DNA from: an uncultured Vicinamibacterales bacterium
GTDB lineage: Bacteria; Acidobacteriota; Vicinamibacteria; Vicinamibacterales; UBA8438
NCBI GenBank assembly: GCA_958295905.1
Contig: OY282382.1
Location: 4,134,910-4,198,909 of the forward strand
Direction: 5' to 3'
DNA: 64,000 bases
In this document: positions 45,426 through 54,764 of the stretch, in pieces
Numbering within the stretch: position 1 is the stretch's first letter
Layout: the number at the start of each line of letters is the position of its first letter
Position numbers and translations under genes: made by a program
The notes under the pieces: model-generated
The model's input: the letters and a program-made list of their open reading frames with translations, nothing else
Told to the model about the DNA's origin: nothing
Databases searched by the model: none

Positions 45426-45676
45426 GAAGTTTCACACGCCGGCGGAACGCCAACGCGACCGTCAGGCCGCGCCAAGAATCTGCGCCGCAGAAGTTCCGCG
45501 TCAGCGGAACTTCCAACGCGACCGTCAGGCCGCGCGGTCACGCCAGCCCGGAAATCGTCGCCGTAGGAGTTTCGCGCCAGCGAAAATCCGAACGCGACCG
45601 CAAGGTCGCGCTGCGGCCTCCGATGGCCGCCCAACCAACCCTCCAGGAATCCGCGCCGTTCCGCGGCGCGGACGCC
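45426..45676. repeat. array of family-A hairpin modules plus terminal family-B hairpin (BIME-like cluster)
   Basis: There are three AACGCGACCG-(4 nt)-GG(C/T)CGCG modules, with AACGCGACCG starting at 45452, 45515 and 45591. Perfect 10-bp hairpin GAAGTTCCGC-GTCA-GCGGAACTTC at 45490-45513. Hairpin GGAGTTTCGC-GCCA-GCGAAAATCC at 45567-45590. GNRA-looped CGCGACC-GCAA-GGTCGCG. 9-bp hairpin TCCGCGCCG-TTC-CGGCGCGGA at 45650-45670. Confidence 0.85.
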
Positions 45677-46344
45677 TAGATCCGCCCCATTTCCTTGAAG
45701 CTGCAGTACTTCGCGTCGGCCAGGATCACGTGGTCGACCACTTCGATTCCCATCACCAACCCCGCTTCGACCAGCCGCGCCGTCAACGCCACGTCGTCGC
45801 CGCTCGGCGTCGGGTCGCCGGACGGATGATTGTGGAACAGCACGATCGCCGCCGCGCCGCCCCCCGCCGCCGTCCGGAACACCTCTCTGGGATGAACGAG
45901 GCTGGCATCGAGGGTCCCGCTCGACAGAAGGGCAGTCTTGAGAACGCGGTGCTTGGTGTCCAGCAGCACGATGCCGAACTGTTCGACGCCGCGGGCGCCG
46001 TAGCTCGGCAGCAGGAAGGATGCGACCTCCCGCGGAGAACCCAGACGCTTGCGATGATCCGGCGGCCGCACCAACGTGCGGCGACCCAGCTCGACGGCAG
46101 CCAGCACCTGCGCCGCCTTCGCGGCACCGAGCCCCTTCAAACGGCACAGGTCGCCGAGAGACTGCCGCGTCAACCCGTGCACGCCCTGCACCGCGGCCAG
46201 CACACGATTCGAGACGTCGATCGCACTCACGTCGCGAAACCCGTGCCCGAGGATGATCGCCAGCAACTCGTTGTCGCCCAGACCTGACGGCCCGAGACGT
46301 TCGAGCTTTTCGCGGGGTCGGTCGTGAAGAGCGAGTGATTTCAT
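45676..46344 (-). CDS. radC: RadC-family JAB/MPN-domain protein
   Basis: Start at ATG 46344 (MKSLALHDRPREKLERLGPSGLGDNELLAIIL). Contains HNHPSGDPTPS (JAMM motif). Confidence 0.9.
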   Translation of the reverse strand: MKSLALHDRPREKLERLGPSGLGDNELLAIILGHGFRDVSAIDVSNRVLAAVQGVHGLTRQSLGDLCRLKGLGAAKAAQVLAAVELGRRTLVRPPDHRKRLGSPREVASFLLPSYGARGVEQFGIVLLDTKHRVLKTALLSSGTLDASLVHPREVFRTAAGGGAAAIVLFHNHPSGDPTPSGDDVALTARLVEAGLVMGIEVVDHVILADAKYCSFKEMGRI

Positions 46345-46614
46345 CGTACCACACGTCGGCTTCGGCCCCGGTCGAGAGCCGGGGACACCGGCGCCCGCGG
46401 TCCGGCGGCCACCGCCGCATTTGCCTGCAAGAATCGCGCACATCCCGGCGGGAGGCCCGTTCGCGCCCCGCCGCGGCAGGATACGCCGACCGATGGGAGA
46501 ATCCCGCCGGCGCCGCCCCGCGTGCCGGGCGGGGATGTACGCGTACGCTGCATGCGGCGGCCGGATCGAGGATCGCGTGGTTTGCACGAACGGCGCGTCT
46601 ACGACGACTCCTGC

Positions 46615-46745
46615 CCCGGAAATCGTCGCCGTAGGAGTTTCGCGCCAGCGAAACTCCGAACGCGACCGCAAGGTCGCGCTGCGGCCTCCGATTACCGCCC
46701 AACCAACCCTCCAGCAGTCCGCGCCGTGCTACGGCGCAGACTCCT
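46615..46745. repeat. intergenic repeat family A full unit ending in family-B hairpin; overlaps the last codons of dapF
   Basis: CCCGGAAATCGTCGCCGTAGGAGTTTCGCGCCAGCGAAACTCCGAACGCGACCGCAAGGTCGCGCTGCGGCCTCCGATTACCGCCCAACCAACCCTCCAGCAGTCCGCGCCGTGCTACGGCGCAGACTCC. Confidence 0.85.
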
Positions 46746-47532
46746 GGCCAAGCCAGTGTCCGGTCATGACGATGTCCGCCCACCCGGTGAGGTGTATGCC
46801 CTCGTCCGTCCAGCGCACGTGCTGCGCGCCGCCGGGGGACACCACTTCGACGTCGCGCGAAGCGCCGCCGTAGGCGGCCGCCGCCACCGCACTCGCGCAG
46901 GCGCCCGTGCCGGACGCGGCGGTCGGACCCACCCCGCGCTCCCAGATGAGTATCCGAACGCGGGATGGAGACTCGACCTCGACCAGCTCGACGTTGGTTC
47001 CTTCGGGGAACGCCGGGTGGGTCGCCAGCGCCGAGCCGAGACGGCGCAGACGCGCCTCGTCCACCGCGCCGCCGAGCACGATGCACTGGGGATTGCCCAC
47101 CGACAGTTCCACAACCTCGACCTGCTCGCCCGCGGCCTCGAGGCGCCGTTTCCGGAGCCCGGCCGGGGGTCGCATGAGCGCGTCGAAGGTCGTACGGCGC
47201 CCCGCCGACGCCACCCGCGTCAACGGTATCGACCCGGCATCCGTCTCGATGACCAGGCGTTGGAGGGATGGCCGCTCCCGCACCACGATGGCGGCCAGGC
47301 AACGCACCGCGTTGCCGGAGACCTCCGCGCGCCCGCCGTCGGCGTTGTAGAGCGTCATCCGCGCGCCCGTCCCGGTGGGCGCGTGGAACACGAGTCCGTC
47401 CCCCCCCACCCCCGTGTGACGATCGCAGAGGCGCCGGGCCAACGCGGGGCGCCCGCCGTCCGCGGTCTGGCCGGCGGGAACGAAGAGGAAGTCGTTTCCG
47501 TAGGCGTGGGCCTTGACGAGATCGAGAGGCAT
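46729..47532 (-). CDS. dapF: diaminopimelate epimerase
   Basis: MPLDLVKAHAYGNDFLFV, NADGGRAEVSGNAVRC, WERGVGPTAASGTGACA (both catalytic Cys regions). Confidence 0.93.
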   Translation of the reverse strand: MPLDLVKAHAYGNDFLFVPAGQTADGGRPALARRLCDRHTGVGGDGLVFHAPTGTGARMTLYNADGGRAEVSGNAVRCLAAIVVRERPSLQRLVIETDAGSIPLTRVASAGRRTTFDALMRPPAGLRKRRLEAAGEQVEVVELSVGNPQCIVLGGAVDEARLRRLGSALATHPAFPEGTNVELVEVESPSRVRILIWERGVGPTAASGTGACASAVAAAAYGGASRDVEVVSPGGAQHVRWTDEGIHLTGWADIVMTGHWLGQESAP

Positions 47533-47555
47533 CGCTCCGCCGGGGGCTTGCGCCG

Positions 47556-47610
47556 GAGGAGCTTCGCGCCGGCGAAACCCCCAACGCGACCGCCAAGCCG
47601 CGCCAAGTCC
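47556..47610. repeat. single family-A module
   Basis: GGAGGAGCTTCGCGCCGGCGAAACCCCCAACGCGACCGCCAAGCCGCGCCAAGTCCGG. Confidence 0.6.
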
Positions 47611-47613
47611 GGC

Positions 47614-48468
47614 TCAGGGAGCCAAGGGGCTCTGGAACACCCAGGTCACGCCGGTGGTCACGCCGATCTTCGGATCGAGCGCAGTGAGCCCGGTGAACAG
47701 CCCGGTGTCGAACCGAAGGGTCCCGCGCGTATAGCGGAGCCCGAAGGTCATGCGGCCGCGGGACTCGGTGCCGGGAGGCGGCGTCCCGCGCCGGGTGCTG
47801 ATCCGCCCGTTGACCTCGCCGACGATCTCCGAGGCGGTGGTAATCGCGCGGGCCAGCGAGATGCCGTAGGTCAGCACGTCGTTCTGCCGATCGCCGCGGG
47901 TCGGATCCGACAGAATACCCACCCCGACGTTGCCGACGACGCGAATCGACTGCACGGTCTTGCCGACCAGCAGCGCCTGAAAAAAGTCCATCGTGTCGAG
48001 TCCGAGCCCGGTCTCGTTGCTGGCGTTGGGCAGCCGGGTCGCGAAACGCAGGCCGACGGCGGGCCTCCGCGCGCCCTCGCTGACCAGCTTCACCTTGGCC
48101 CCGATCACCGCGTCGTCCCAGCCCCGCGTCGTATCGCCGGGGACCTCGAGCATGTGAGCCAGCGGTGCGGGAGAGCGCTCCGAGATGACCAGGCGGCTGA
48201 TCGACACGGCATCGAGCTGAATCTCGGCCTGGGACCCCATGCCGAAGCTGAAGCCGAGCCGCGGCGCCCGCAGCAGGGTCCCCTTGAGTCCGGACGCCGG
48301 ATAGATATGGTTCCAGGTATGGTCGACCCCCGCCTCCAGGAGTACCAGGCGGTCGCCCACGGGCTCGGGGTCTTCGGTCAGCAGCGGCCGCTGTTGGGCC
48401 AGCGCCGATCCGGCGGCCAAGCAGAATCCCAGTCCCCAACACCCGAGATGCGTCACGCGGCGGTTCAT
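47614..48468 (-). CDS. outer-membrane beta-barrel protein of unknown function
   Basis: ATG 48468 is preceded by AGGAGAAGG. Signal MNRRVTHLGCWGLGFCLAAGSALAQQ. Alternating beta-strand pattern. Confidence 0.6.
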   Translation of the reverse strand: MNRRVTHLGCWGLGFCLAAGSALAQQRPLLTEDPEPVGDRLVLLEAGVDHTWNHIYPASGLKGTLLRAPRLGFSFGMGSQAEIQLDAVSISRLVISERSPAPLAHMLEVPGDTTRGWDDAVIGAKVKLVSEGARRPAVGLRFATRLPNASNETGLGLDTMDFFQALLVGKTVQSIRVVGNVGVGILSDPTRGDRQNDVLTYGISLARAITTASEIVGEVNGRISTRRGTPPPGTESRGRMTFGLRYTRGTLRFDTGLFTGLTALDPKIGVTTGVTWVFQSPLAP

Positions 48469-48480
48469 CCTTCTCCTCAC

Positions 48481-48930
48481 TCAGAATGCCTTCCCGGTGT
48501 CGAGGAGAATCGTCACCGGTCCGTCGTTGACCGAGTGCACCATCATGTGGGCCTGGAACGTACCGGTCTCGACCGCGACCCCCTGATCGCGAAACCGGTC
48601 CACAATCTCCTCGTACACTGCGCGCGCCCGATCCGGAGCCGCGGCCCGGTCGAACGACGGGCGGCGCCCGCGGCGGCAGTCTCCGTAGAGGGTGAACTGT
48701 GAAACGAGCAGGACCCCGCCATCGACCTCCCGAACGGAACGATCCAGCCGCCCGTCGGCATCGGGAAAGACACGCAAACCGACAATCTTGTTCACCAGAT
48801 ACGTCGCGGCGTCGCGCCCGTCGTCACGCGCGATCCCGACCAGGACCAGCAGGCCGCGGCGAATGCTGCCCACCGCCCGATCGCCGACGGTGACCCGGGC
48901 CGAGGCCACCCGCTGCACAACCGCTCTCAT
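48481..48930 (-). CDS. dtd: D-aminoacyl-tRNA deacylase
   Basis: MRAVVQRVASARVTV..., LVLVGI, VSQFTLYGD, SF..AA.P..A. 149 aa. Confidence 0.93.
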   Translation of the reverse strand: MRAVVQRVASARVTVGDRAVGSIRRGLLVLVGIARDDGRDAATYLVNKIVGLRVFPDADGRLDRSVREVDGGVLLVSQFTLYGDCRRGRRPSFDRAAAPDRARAVYEEIVDRFRDQGVAVETGTFQAHMMVHSVNDGPVTILLDTGKAF

Positions 48931-48946
48931 CCGTTCCCTGAAGCTA

Positions 48947-49057
48947 GGAGTCTGCGCCGTAGAACCGTTTTGGGTCCGATCCGGCACAATATGCAGTGGT
49001 CAATCGCCGGCACTTGCGCAACATAGGGTGGCCATAATTTCCTGCGGCGCAGACTCC
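48947..49057. repeat. MITE-like element (family B) copy 2, 111 bp
   Basis: GGAGTCTGCGCCGTAG...CTGCGGCGCAGACTCC terminal inverted repeats. It lies 16 nt upstream of the dtd ATG. Confidence 0.75.
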
Positions 49058-49069
49058 CCGCCCGGATAG

Positions 49070-49140
49070 CGTCGCCTGCGGCTCCGCTCACCGCCCAACC
49101 AACCCTCCAGCAGTCCGCGCCGTGCTACGGCGCAGACTCC
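49070..49140. repeat. 3' half of a family-A unit with family-B hairpin
   Basis: CCGCCCAACCAACCCTCCAGCAGTCCGCGCCGTGCTACGGCGCAGACTCC is identical to 46696-46745. Confidence 0.8.
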
Positions 49141-49215
49141 CGGCGCCTGCAGCCCGCGTGGATACCCCCCCGCGGTTCCCCCGGGCCGGCAGGACCCGCG
49201 CCCATCCCGGCGCGC

Positions 49216-50046
49216 TCAGACGACCGCCGCCCCGCCCGCAGACCGCCGGGGTCGGGTCGAGGATGCGGCCACGCCCGCCCGGAGCTCGGCCACGGGGTTG
49301 ATGCGCCGGTCCAGGAGATGCCGCCCCGCCACATTGCCGAGAGCCTTCAGCATCGACTGCTTGACCCCCGGATGCCCGCGTTCGAGATCGAGCAACAGAC
49401 GCTTGACGCGCTGCCGCTGCAGCCCCAGGTCGCCGCACGCCGGACAGCAGCAGCCAATGACCGGCAGACCCGCCTGCCGGGTATAGTCCCGCGCCTCCTC
49501 CTCGCCGATGTACGCGAGCGGGCGAATGACCACGTGGCGTCGATCATCCGACACCAGCCGGGCCGGCATCGCCTTCAGGGCGCCGGCGAAGAAGAGGTTC
49601 AGCAACAGCGTTTCGATGAAGTCGTCCGCATGGTGTCCAAGGGCGATCTTCGTCGCCCCCACCTCGCCGGCAATCCGATACAGCACGCCGCGGCGGAGCC
49701 GAGCGCACAGCGAACACGGGGTGGCCCCTTCCTCCAGCTTGTCGTCGATGATCTCACCGATCGACGTGTGCTCGATCCGAAGCTCCCAACCCCGCTCTGC
49801 GCACGCCTGCGCAATCGCGTCGTGCCGGTAGTCGCGATAGCCGGAATGGACGTTCACCGCCACCAGCGTGAAGGCGACCGGCGCCCGCCGGCGCAAGGCA
49901 TCCAGCAGTTGCATCAACGCCCAACTGTCCTTGCCGCCGGACAATCCGACCATGACGCGATCGCCGTCTTCGACGAGGTCGAAGTCGACGATGGCCTTCG
50001 TCATCTTCCGGGCCAGCTTCTTCTCGAGTGCGCTCTCGTACGCCAT
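49216..50046 (-). CDS. ttcA: tRNA 2-thiocytidine(32) synthetase
   Basis: PP-loop VGLSGGKDS, the CSLCARLRRG and CCCPACG Cys clusters. Confidence 0.93.
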   Translation of the reverse strand: MAYESALEKKLARKMTKAIVDFDLVEDGDRVMVGLSGGKDSWALMQLLDALRRRAPVAFTLVAVNVHSGYRDYRHDAIAQACAERGWELRIEHTSIGEIIDDKLEEGATPCSLCARLRRGVLYRIAGEVGATKIALGHHADDFIETLLLNLFFAGALKAMPARLVSDDRRHVVIRPLAYIGEEEARDYTRQAGLPVIGCCCPACGDLGLQRQRVKRLLLDLERGHPGVKQSMLKALGNVAGRHLLDRRINPVAELRAGVAASSTRPRRSAGGAAVV

Positions 50047-50160
50047 GACTGCACTGTCGGGATGCCGCGCCGCAGGCCGGTCCGCCGGAGGCCGCGGCAG
50101 AGCCCCACAGCTTCACCGCGAGCCGCGGGATGCCGCGCCGCCGATGCGAACCCGCCGCCC

Positions 50161-50200
50161 GGAGTCCGCGCCGATCCACCCGATCCACGGCGCGGATTCC
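50161..50200. repeat. family-B hairpin with enlarged loop
   Basis: GGAGTCCGCGCCG-ATCCACCCGATCCA-CGGCGCGGATTCC. Confidence 0.6.
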
Positions 50201-50318
50201 AACTCCATGATACGACGAAAGGCCGCCGGCCGGCCCGGGCTGCCGTCTAACGTATCTGCTGGAAGCGGCGTCGGGAGTGCTGGGCGTCCGGCCGGCGATG
50301 CTCCGCGGGACCGGAGCC

Positions 50319-52208
50319 TCAGTCGAGAAACGTCTGCGACCACCGCTCCAGCACCATCAGGCTGAACAGGAGACGAGCGTGGTCGCGGCGGCCCGCCAGG
50401 TGCTCGTCGACCCGGCGGGTGACCTCCGCGGGTTCGAACCAGCCCCGCCGCCGCACCTGATCGGGCCCCAGGAGATCCTGCATCATCGGCGCCCACTGCT
50501 GCCGCAGCCAGATCTGCGTGGGAATGGAAGGCTCCGCCGGGCTCTGCCGCAACATCGACTCGGGAAGCAGGGGGCGCATCGCGCGCTTCAGGATGTACTG
50601 GCGTTCACCGTTCCGAATCTTCAGCGAGCCCGGCATCGAGAACGCGAGCTCCATGACGTCGACGTCCAGGAAGGGCGCCCGCGTCTCCAGCGAGGTCGCC
50701 ATGCTCGTCCGGTCCGCCATCACGAGCACATCGTCGCGCAGGAACACCTGCAGGTCGACATAGAGCTGCCGGTTGAGCAGGTCGTCGGTGTGGGCCCCCT
50801 GCAGATGCCGGCGAATCGGCGCGTACACATCGCTGTCGACCAGGGCGCCGCGAAGCGCCGGCGTGTAGACGTGCCGCTTGGCCGGCCCGTCGAGGACCGT
50901 CATCCACCGGTAGTGGGCGATGTTCCCGGGCGCCGTCGCCAGACCGAGGATGAAACGGCGCAGGCGGTTGACGACCCCCTGCTTCTTCTCGCTCGGAGGC
51001 AGCAACGCCGCCGCGGCCGCGGCCAACCGCAGCGCGGCGTCGGGAACCAACGTCGACACGCGCCGGGCCAACGCCTCCGTCCGATACGTCTCGTATCCAC
51101 CGAAGAGCGCACGGCCCCCGCCGCCGGACAGGGCCGCGGTCACATGCTGGCGCGCGATCTGCGATACCAGAAAGGCCGGGAACAACGATGCATCGGCGAA
51201 CGGCTGGTCGAAACAGCCCACGACGCGCTCGAACAGCGTCGCAAGGTCGGGATCGACGACCCCCTCCCGATGATCGGTCCCGAAGTGGGAGGCTACGGCG
51301 CGGGCCCGCGGCAGCTCGTCGTAGCCGGCCGCGCCGAACCCCAGACTGAACGTGGCGACGGGCCGGCCGGCCGACGAAGGCGCCATCAGGCCGACGACGG
51401 CGCTCGAATCGAGGTCCCCCGACAGGAACGCCCCCAAGGGAACGTCCGACATCATCTGGGCGGAGACGGCCCGCGAGAGGGCCTCGCGGAGCGCCGACGC
51501 CGCATCGTCCTCGGTCCAGCTCCGGAGCGGCACCGACGCCACGTCCCAGTACCGCTCGACCTTGACGGAGCCGCGCTCATAGATCAGGTAATGGGCCGGG
51601 GGGAGGGTTCGCACATCGGCGAAGATCGTCCTGGGGGACAGCACGTACTCGTAGGTCAGGAACTGATCGAGCGCCTCGAAGTCCATCTCCCGCGACACTT
51701 CGGGCCGTACCAGCAGCGCCTTCATTTCGGAGCCGAACAACAGACGCTGCGGGGTCTGCGCGTAGAAGAGCGGCTTCTCGCCGGCCCGGTCGCGGCCGGC
51801 GAACAGGCGGCGGTTGTTCGCGTCCCACAACGCGAAGGCGAACATCCCCCGCAGCCGGGTCACCACGTCGACGCCGAACGCCTCGTAGCCGTGCAGGATG
51901 ACTTCGATGTCGGAGCGGCTGCGAAACCGGTGTCCCCGGGCGACCAGCTCCCGGCGCAGCCCGGCATGGTTGTAGATCTCCCCGTTCGCCACGAGATGCG
52001 TGGACCCGTCCTCGCTGGAGAACGGCTGCTGGCCGTTGCGGAGGTCGATGACCGACAGCCGGCGCATGCCGAGACCCACCCCCGGCCGAACGAGCTGACC
52101 ATGCTGATCCGGCCCCCGATGACGCAGGGATTCGACCATGCGATTGATCTGGGTCGGATCAACCGGGCGGGCCGCGTCGCGTTCGACGATACCGGCGATA
52201 CCGGACAT
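50319..52208 (-). CDS. asparagine synthase (glutamine-hydrolysing) family amidotransferase; N-terminal nucleophile is Ser, not Cys
   Basis: ATG 52208 followed by TCC GGT ATC GCC GGT gives MSGIAGIV (the canonical sequence is MCGI.G). Also contains ANGEIYNH, and the synthetase domain SGDLDSS (PP-loop-like). Confidence 0.88.
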   Translation of the reverse strand: MSGIAGIVERDAARPVDPTQINRMVESLRHRGPDQHGQLVRPGVGLGMRRLSVIDLRNGQQPFSSEDGSTHLVANGEIYNHAGLRRELVARGHRFRSRSDIEVILHGYEAFGVDVVTRLRGMFAFALWDANNRRLFAGRDRAGEKPLFYAQTPQRLLFGSEMKALLVRPEVSREMDFEALDQFLTYEYVLSPRTIFADVRTLPPAHYLIYERGSVKVERYWDVASVPLRSWTEDDAASALREALSRAVSAQMMSDVPLGAFLSGDLDSSAVVGLMAPSSAGRPVATFSLGFGAAGYDELPRARAVASHFGTDHREGVVDPDLATLFERVVGCFDQPFADASLFPAFLVSQIARQHVTAALSGGGGRALFGGYETYRTEALARRVSTLVPDAALRLAAAAAALLPPSEKKQGVVNRLRRFILGLATAPGNIAHYRWMTVLDGPAKRHVYTPALRGALVDSDVYAPIRRHLQGAHTDDLLNRQLYVDLQVFLRDDVLVMADRTSMATSLETRAPFLDVDVMELAFSMPGSLKIRNGERQYILKRAMRPLLPESMLRQSPAEPSIPTQIWLRQQWAPMMQDLLGPDQVRRRGWFEPAEVTRRVDEHLAGRRDHARLLFSLMVLERWSQTFLD

Positions 52209-52447
52209 GAATCGTCGTGATTGGAGAAAGCGGGAACGCCGCCGCCCGCGGCCGGACGGCGCCGGCCGCGGGCGTAACCGCGACGATGGTACAATGGCGG
52301 CGGTCGCAATCACCAGTTCTTTGCTCTGCAGCGCGGCGGCTCGCTGCGCTTCTCCAGTTAGTTTCTTCCCCGCGCAGCACCACGCGGGAGATTCCCGGGT
52401 TCCGGCGGATCACGCGGGTGATCGTCCTCACGGGCCGGCGGGGGCGG

Positions 52448-53524
52448 ATGGGAGCCATGACCTGCGTCCTTCCCCGTCTGGCGGCCGGCGCGGCCGCCAT
52501 GACGCTCCTCGGCGGGTGCGGCGGACCGGACGTCGGCAAGGTGCTGGCGCCGTTCCGAGCCGAGCTGGATCGGTTGGCGCACGAGGCGGAAGCCGAGCAG
52601 CGCATCGCGGTGTCCGGGCTGGACGACTGGCTCTTCTTCGGCCCCGAGCTGCGGCACGTGGGTCTCGACGGCTTCCGGGCGCCGAGCCCCGGCGCTCCGC
52701 CCGCGACCAACCGCACGGAGGCCGAGGCCGGCCCGGTCCCGGCCGTCCTCGACGCGCATCGCCGCTTCGCCGCGCAGGATGTCGAGCTGCTGCTGGTGCC
52801 CATACCGCCGAAGTCCGTCATCTTCCCCGAGAAGGTGTCCGGCGCGCTGACGATTCCGATTCCGGTGCCTCGTCTCGACCCCGCTCTGCAGGCGCTCTAC
52901 GACGAGCTCCGCGCCGGCGGCGTCGAAGTCCTCGACCTCACGGAGCACTTCATTCGCGAGCGTTTCCACGCCGAGGGACCGCTCTACTGCCGCACCGACA
53001 CCCACTGGTCGGGCAGCGGATGCACGACGGCCGCCGCCGCCATCGCCGCCGACGTCCGGGCCAGACCGTGGTACGCGGAGCTCGACACGGAATCGTTCGG
53101 GGCGAGCTGGTACAGCACCAGCATCAGGGGTGATCTGACCGGCCCCGGCGGAGTGCCCGCGGGCCGGGAAGAGCTGCGCCTGCGCGGCGTGGTTCGGAGA
53201 ACGGACGGTGGGCCGACGCCGGTCGCTCCCGACCCGCAGAGCGCCATCCTGCTGCTCGGCGACAGCCATGCGCTGGTGTTCCACGCCGGAGGCGGCCTGC
53301 ACGCCGCCGGGGCGGGGCTGCCCGACCAGCTCGCCTTCGAGCTCGGCCTCCCCGTCGACGTTGCCGCGGCTCCGGGCGCCAGCCCGACGGCGGCTCTCGA
53401 GGACCTCCTGGGGCGGCTCCAGGCGAACCCGGACTACTGGAGCCGGAAGCGGCTGGTCATCTGGTGCTTCGCGGCGCGCGCGTTCAGCGAGCACGACTGG
53501 CGTCCGGCCTCCCCCACATCGTGA
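52448..53524 (+). CDS. AlgX/AlgJ-like (DHHW-type SGNH) lipoprotein, probable polysaccharide O-acyl-transfer accessory protein
   Basis: Start placed at ATG 52448 (MGAMTCVLPRLAAGAAAMTLLGGCGG lipobox). CRTDTHWSGSG (D.HW motif) and LLGDSHA are present. Confidence 0.6.
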   Translation: MGAMTCVLPRLAAGAAAMTLLGGCGGPDVGKVLAPFRAELDRLAHEAEAEQRIAVSGLDDWLFFGPELRHVGLDGFRAPSPGAPPATNRTEAEAGPVPAVLDAHRRFAAQDVELLLVPIPPKSVIFPEKVSGALTIPIPVPRLDPALQALYDELRAGGVEVLDLTEHFIRERFHAEGPLYCRTDTHWSGSGCTTAAAAIAADVRARPWYAELDTESFGASWYSTSIRGDLTGPGGVPAGREELRLRGVVRRTDGGPTPVAPDPQSAILLLGDSHALVFHAGGGLHAAGAGLPDQLAFELGLPVDVAAAPGASPTAALEDLLGRLQANPDYWSRKRLVIWCFAARAFSEHDWRPASPTS

Positions 53525-54627
53525 CCGACATCCCCCTGGTGGACCTCCGGAGCCAGTATGCGTCGATCCGGCGGGAAATCGACGAGGCGGTGGCGCGCGT
53601 CCTCGAGAGCGGGCAGTTCGCGCTCGGGCCGGAAGTGGAGGCTTTCGAGCGCGAGTTCTCGGCCTACTGCGGCGCCGGGCACGGCATTGCCGTGAACTCC
53701 GGCACCAGCGCCCTCCATCTCGCCCTCCTCGCCGCCGGCGCCGGACCCGGCGACGAGGTGATCACCGTCCCCTTCACGTTCATCGCCACGGCGGCGGCCA
53801 TCCGATATGCCGGCGCGACCCCCGTGTTCGTGGACATCGCCCCCCGGACCCGGACCATCGACGTGAACCGGGTGGCGGGCGCGATCACCGCGCGCACGAA
53901 GGCGGTGGTCGCGGTGCATCTCTTCGGCCATCCCGCCGACCTGGATCCACTGCTGGCGCTGGCCCGCCGGCACGGCCTGACGGTGATCGAGGATGCGTCA
54001 CAGGCGCACGGCGCCGAGTACCGCGGCCGGCGGGTCGGCGGGCTGGGCGACCTGGGTTGTTTCAGCTTCTACCCCACCAAGAACCTCGGGTCGTACGGCG
54101 AGGGGGGCATCGTCGTCACCAACGACGACGCGCACGCCCGAACGATTCGCGCGCTGCGAAGCTGGGGCGACGACGAGCGCCATCCCCCCCCACACCCCGG
54201 CTTCAACTACCGAATGGAGGGCCTGCAGGGCGCGATTCTCGGGGTCAAGCTCCGGCATCTTCCCGGGTGGACCGAGGCCCGCCGCCGTATCGCCGCCGCG
54301 TATGATCGCGCGCTGGCCCCGACCGGTGTGACGACGCCCGCCGAGACGCCCGACGTCCGGCACGTCTACCACTGCTACGCGGTGGATACGCCTCATCGGG
54401 ACGCGCTGCGCCGGGCCCTCGGCATGGAAGGGATCCGGACCGGACTGCCCTACCCGGTCCCCATCCATCTGCAGCCCTGGTGCGCCGATCTGGGGGGACG
54501 GGCAGGCGACCACCCCCATGCGGAGACCGCCGCGGCCCGCACGCTGACCCTGCCCCTCTACCCCGAACTGCCGCATGACGTGCCGGCGCGGGTGGCCGAG
54601 ATCGCCCGGCGGGTCTGCGGGGGGTAG
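53521..54627 (+). CDS. DegT/DnrJ/EryC1/StrS-family sugar aminotransferase
   Basis: GTG 53521 overlaps the upstream stop (GTGA). IPLVDLRSQY, NSGTSALHLAL, DASQAHGA, SFYPTKNLG (PLP-Lys). Confidence 0.9.
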   Translation: MTDIPLVDLRSQYASIRREIDEAVARVLESGQFALGPEVEAFEREFSAYCGAGHGIAVNSGTSALHLALLAAGAGPGDEVITVPFTFIATAAAIRYAGATPVFVDIAPRTRTIDVNRVAGAITARTKAVVAVHLFGHPADLDPLLALARRHGLTVIEDASQAHGAEYRGRRVGGLGDLGCFSFYPTKNLGSYGEGGIVVTNDDAHARTIRALRSWGDDERHPPPHPGFNYRMEGLQGAILGVKLRHLPGWTEARRRIAAAYDRALAPTGVTTPAETPDVRHVYHCYAVDTPHRDALRRALGMEGIRTGLPYPVPIHLQPWCADLGGRAGDHPHAETAAARTLTLPLYPELPHDVPARVAEIARRVCGG

Positions 54628-54764
54628 CCTGGGCGCTCACGCGGCGCCGCGATCACGCCCCTCGTCATGAAGCGTCGATCGGGCCTTTCAGCGCGGCCAT
54701 GCGCCCGCGCTGCTCGACGAGCCCGCGGCCGACACCGTCGACGCGCCTTGCCGGTCGCGCCCGC

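Noticed and set aside
45628-45647. G-quadruplex potential of the complement of CCGCCCAACCAACCCTCCAG (GGAGGGTTGGTTGGGCGG)
   Set aside because: The G-tracts are only 2-3 nt long. In ~70% GC DNA such runs are expected by chance. I noted it only as part of repeat family A/B.
45426-45676. Repeated hairpin modules as a CRISPR array
   Set aside because: The spacing is irregular (63 and 76 nt). The units are imperfect and are found singly at other loci in both orientations. There are no cas genes. They behave like REP/BIME elements.
45365-48442. 1025-aa minus-strand ORF across radC, dapF and the OMP gene
   Set aside because: It is a low-complexity Arg/Gly/Pro shadow frame. The same strand carries three genes with clear family motifs in other frames, and it also runs through non-coding repeat arrays.
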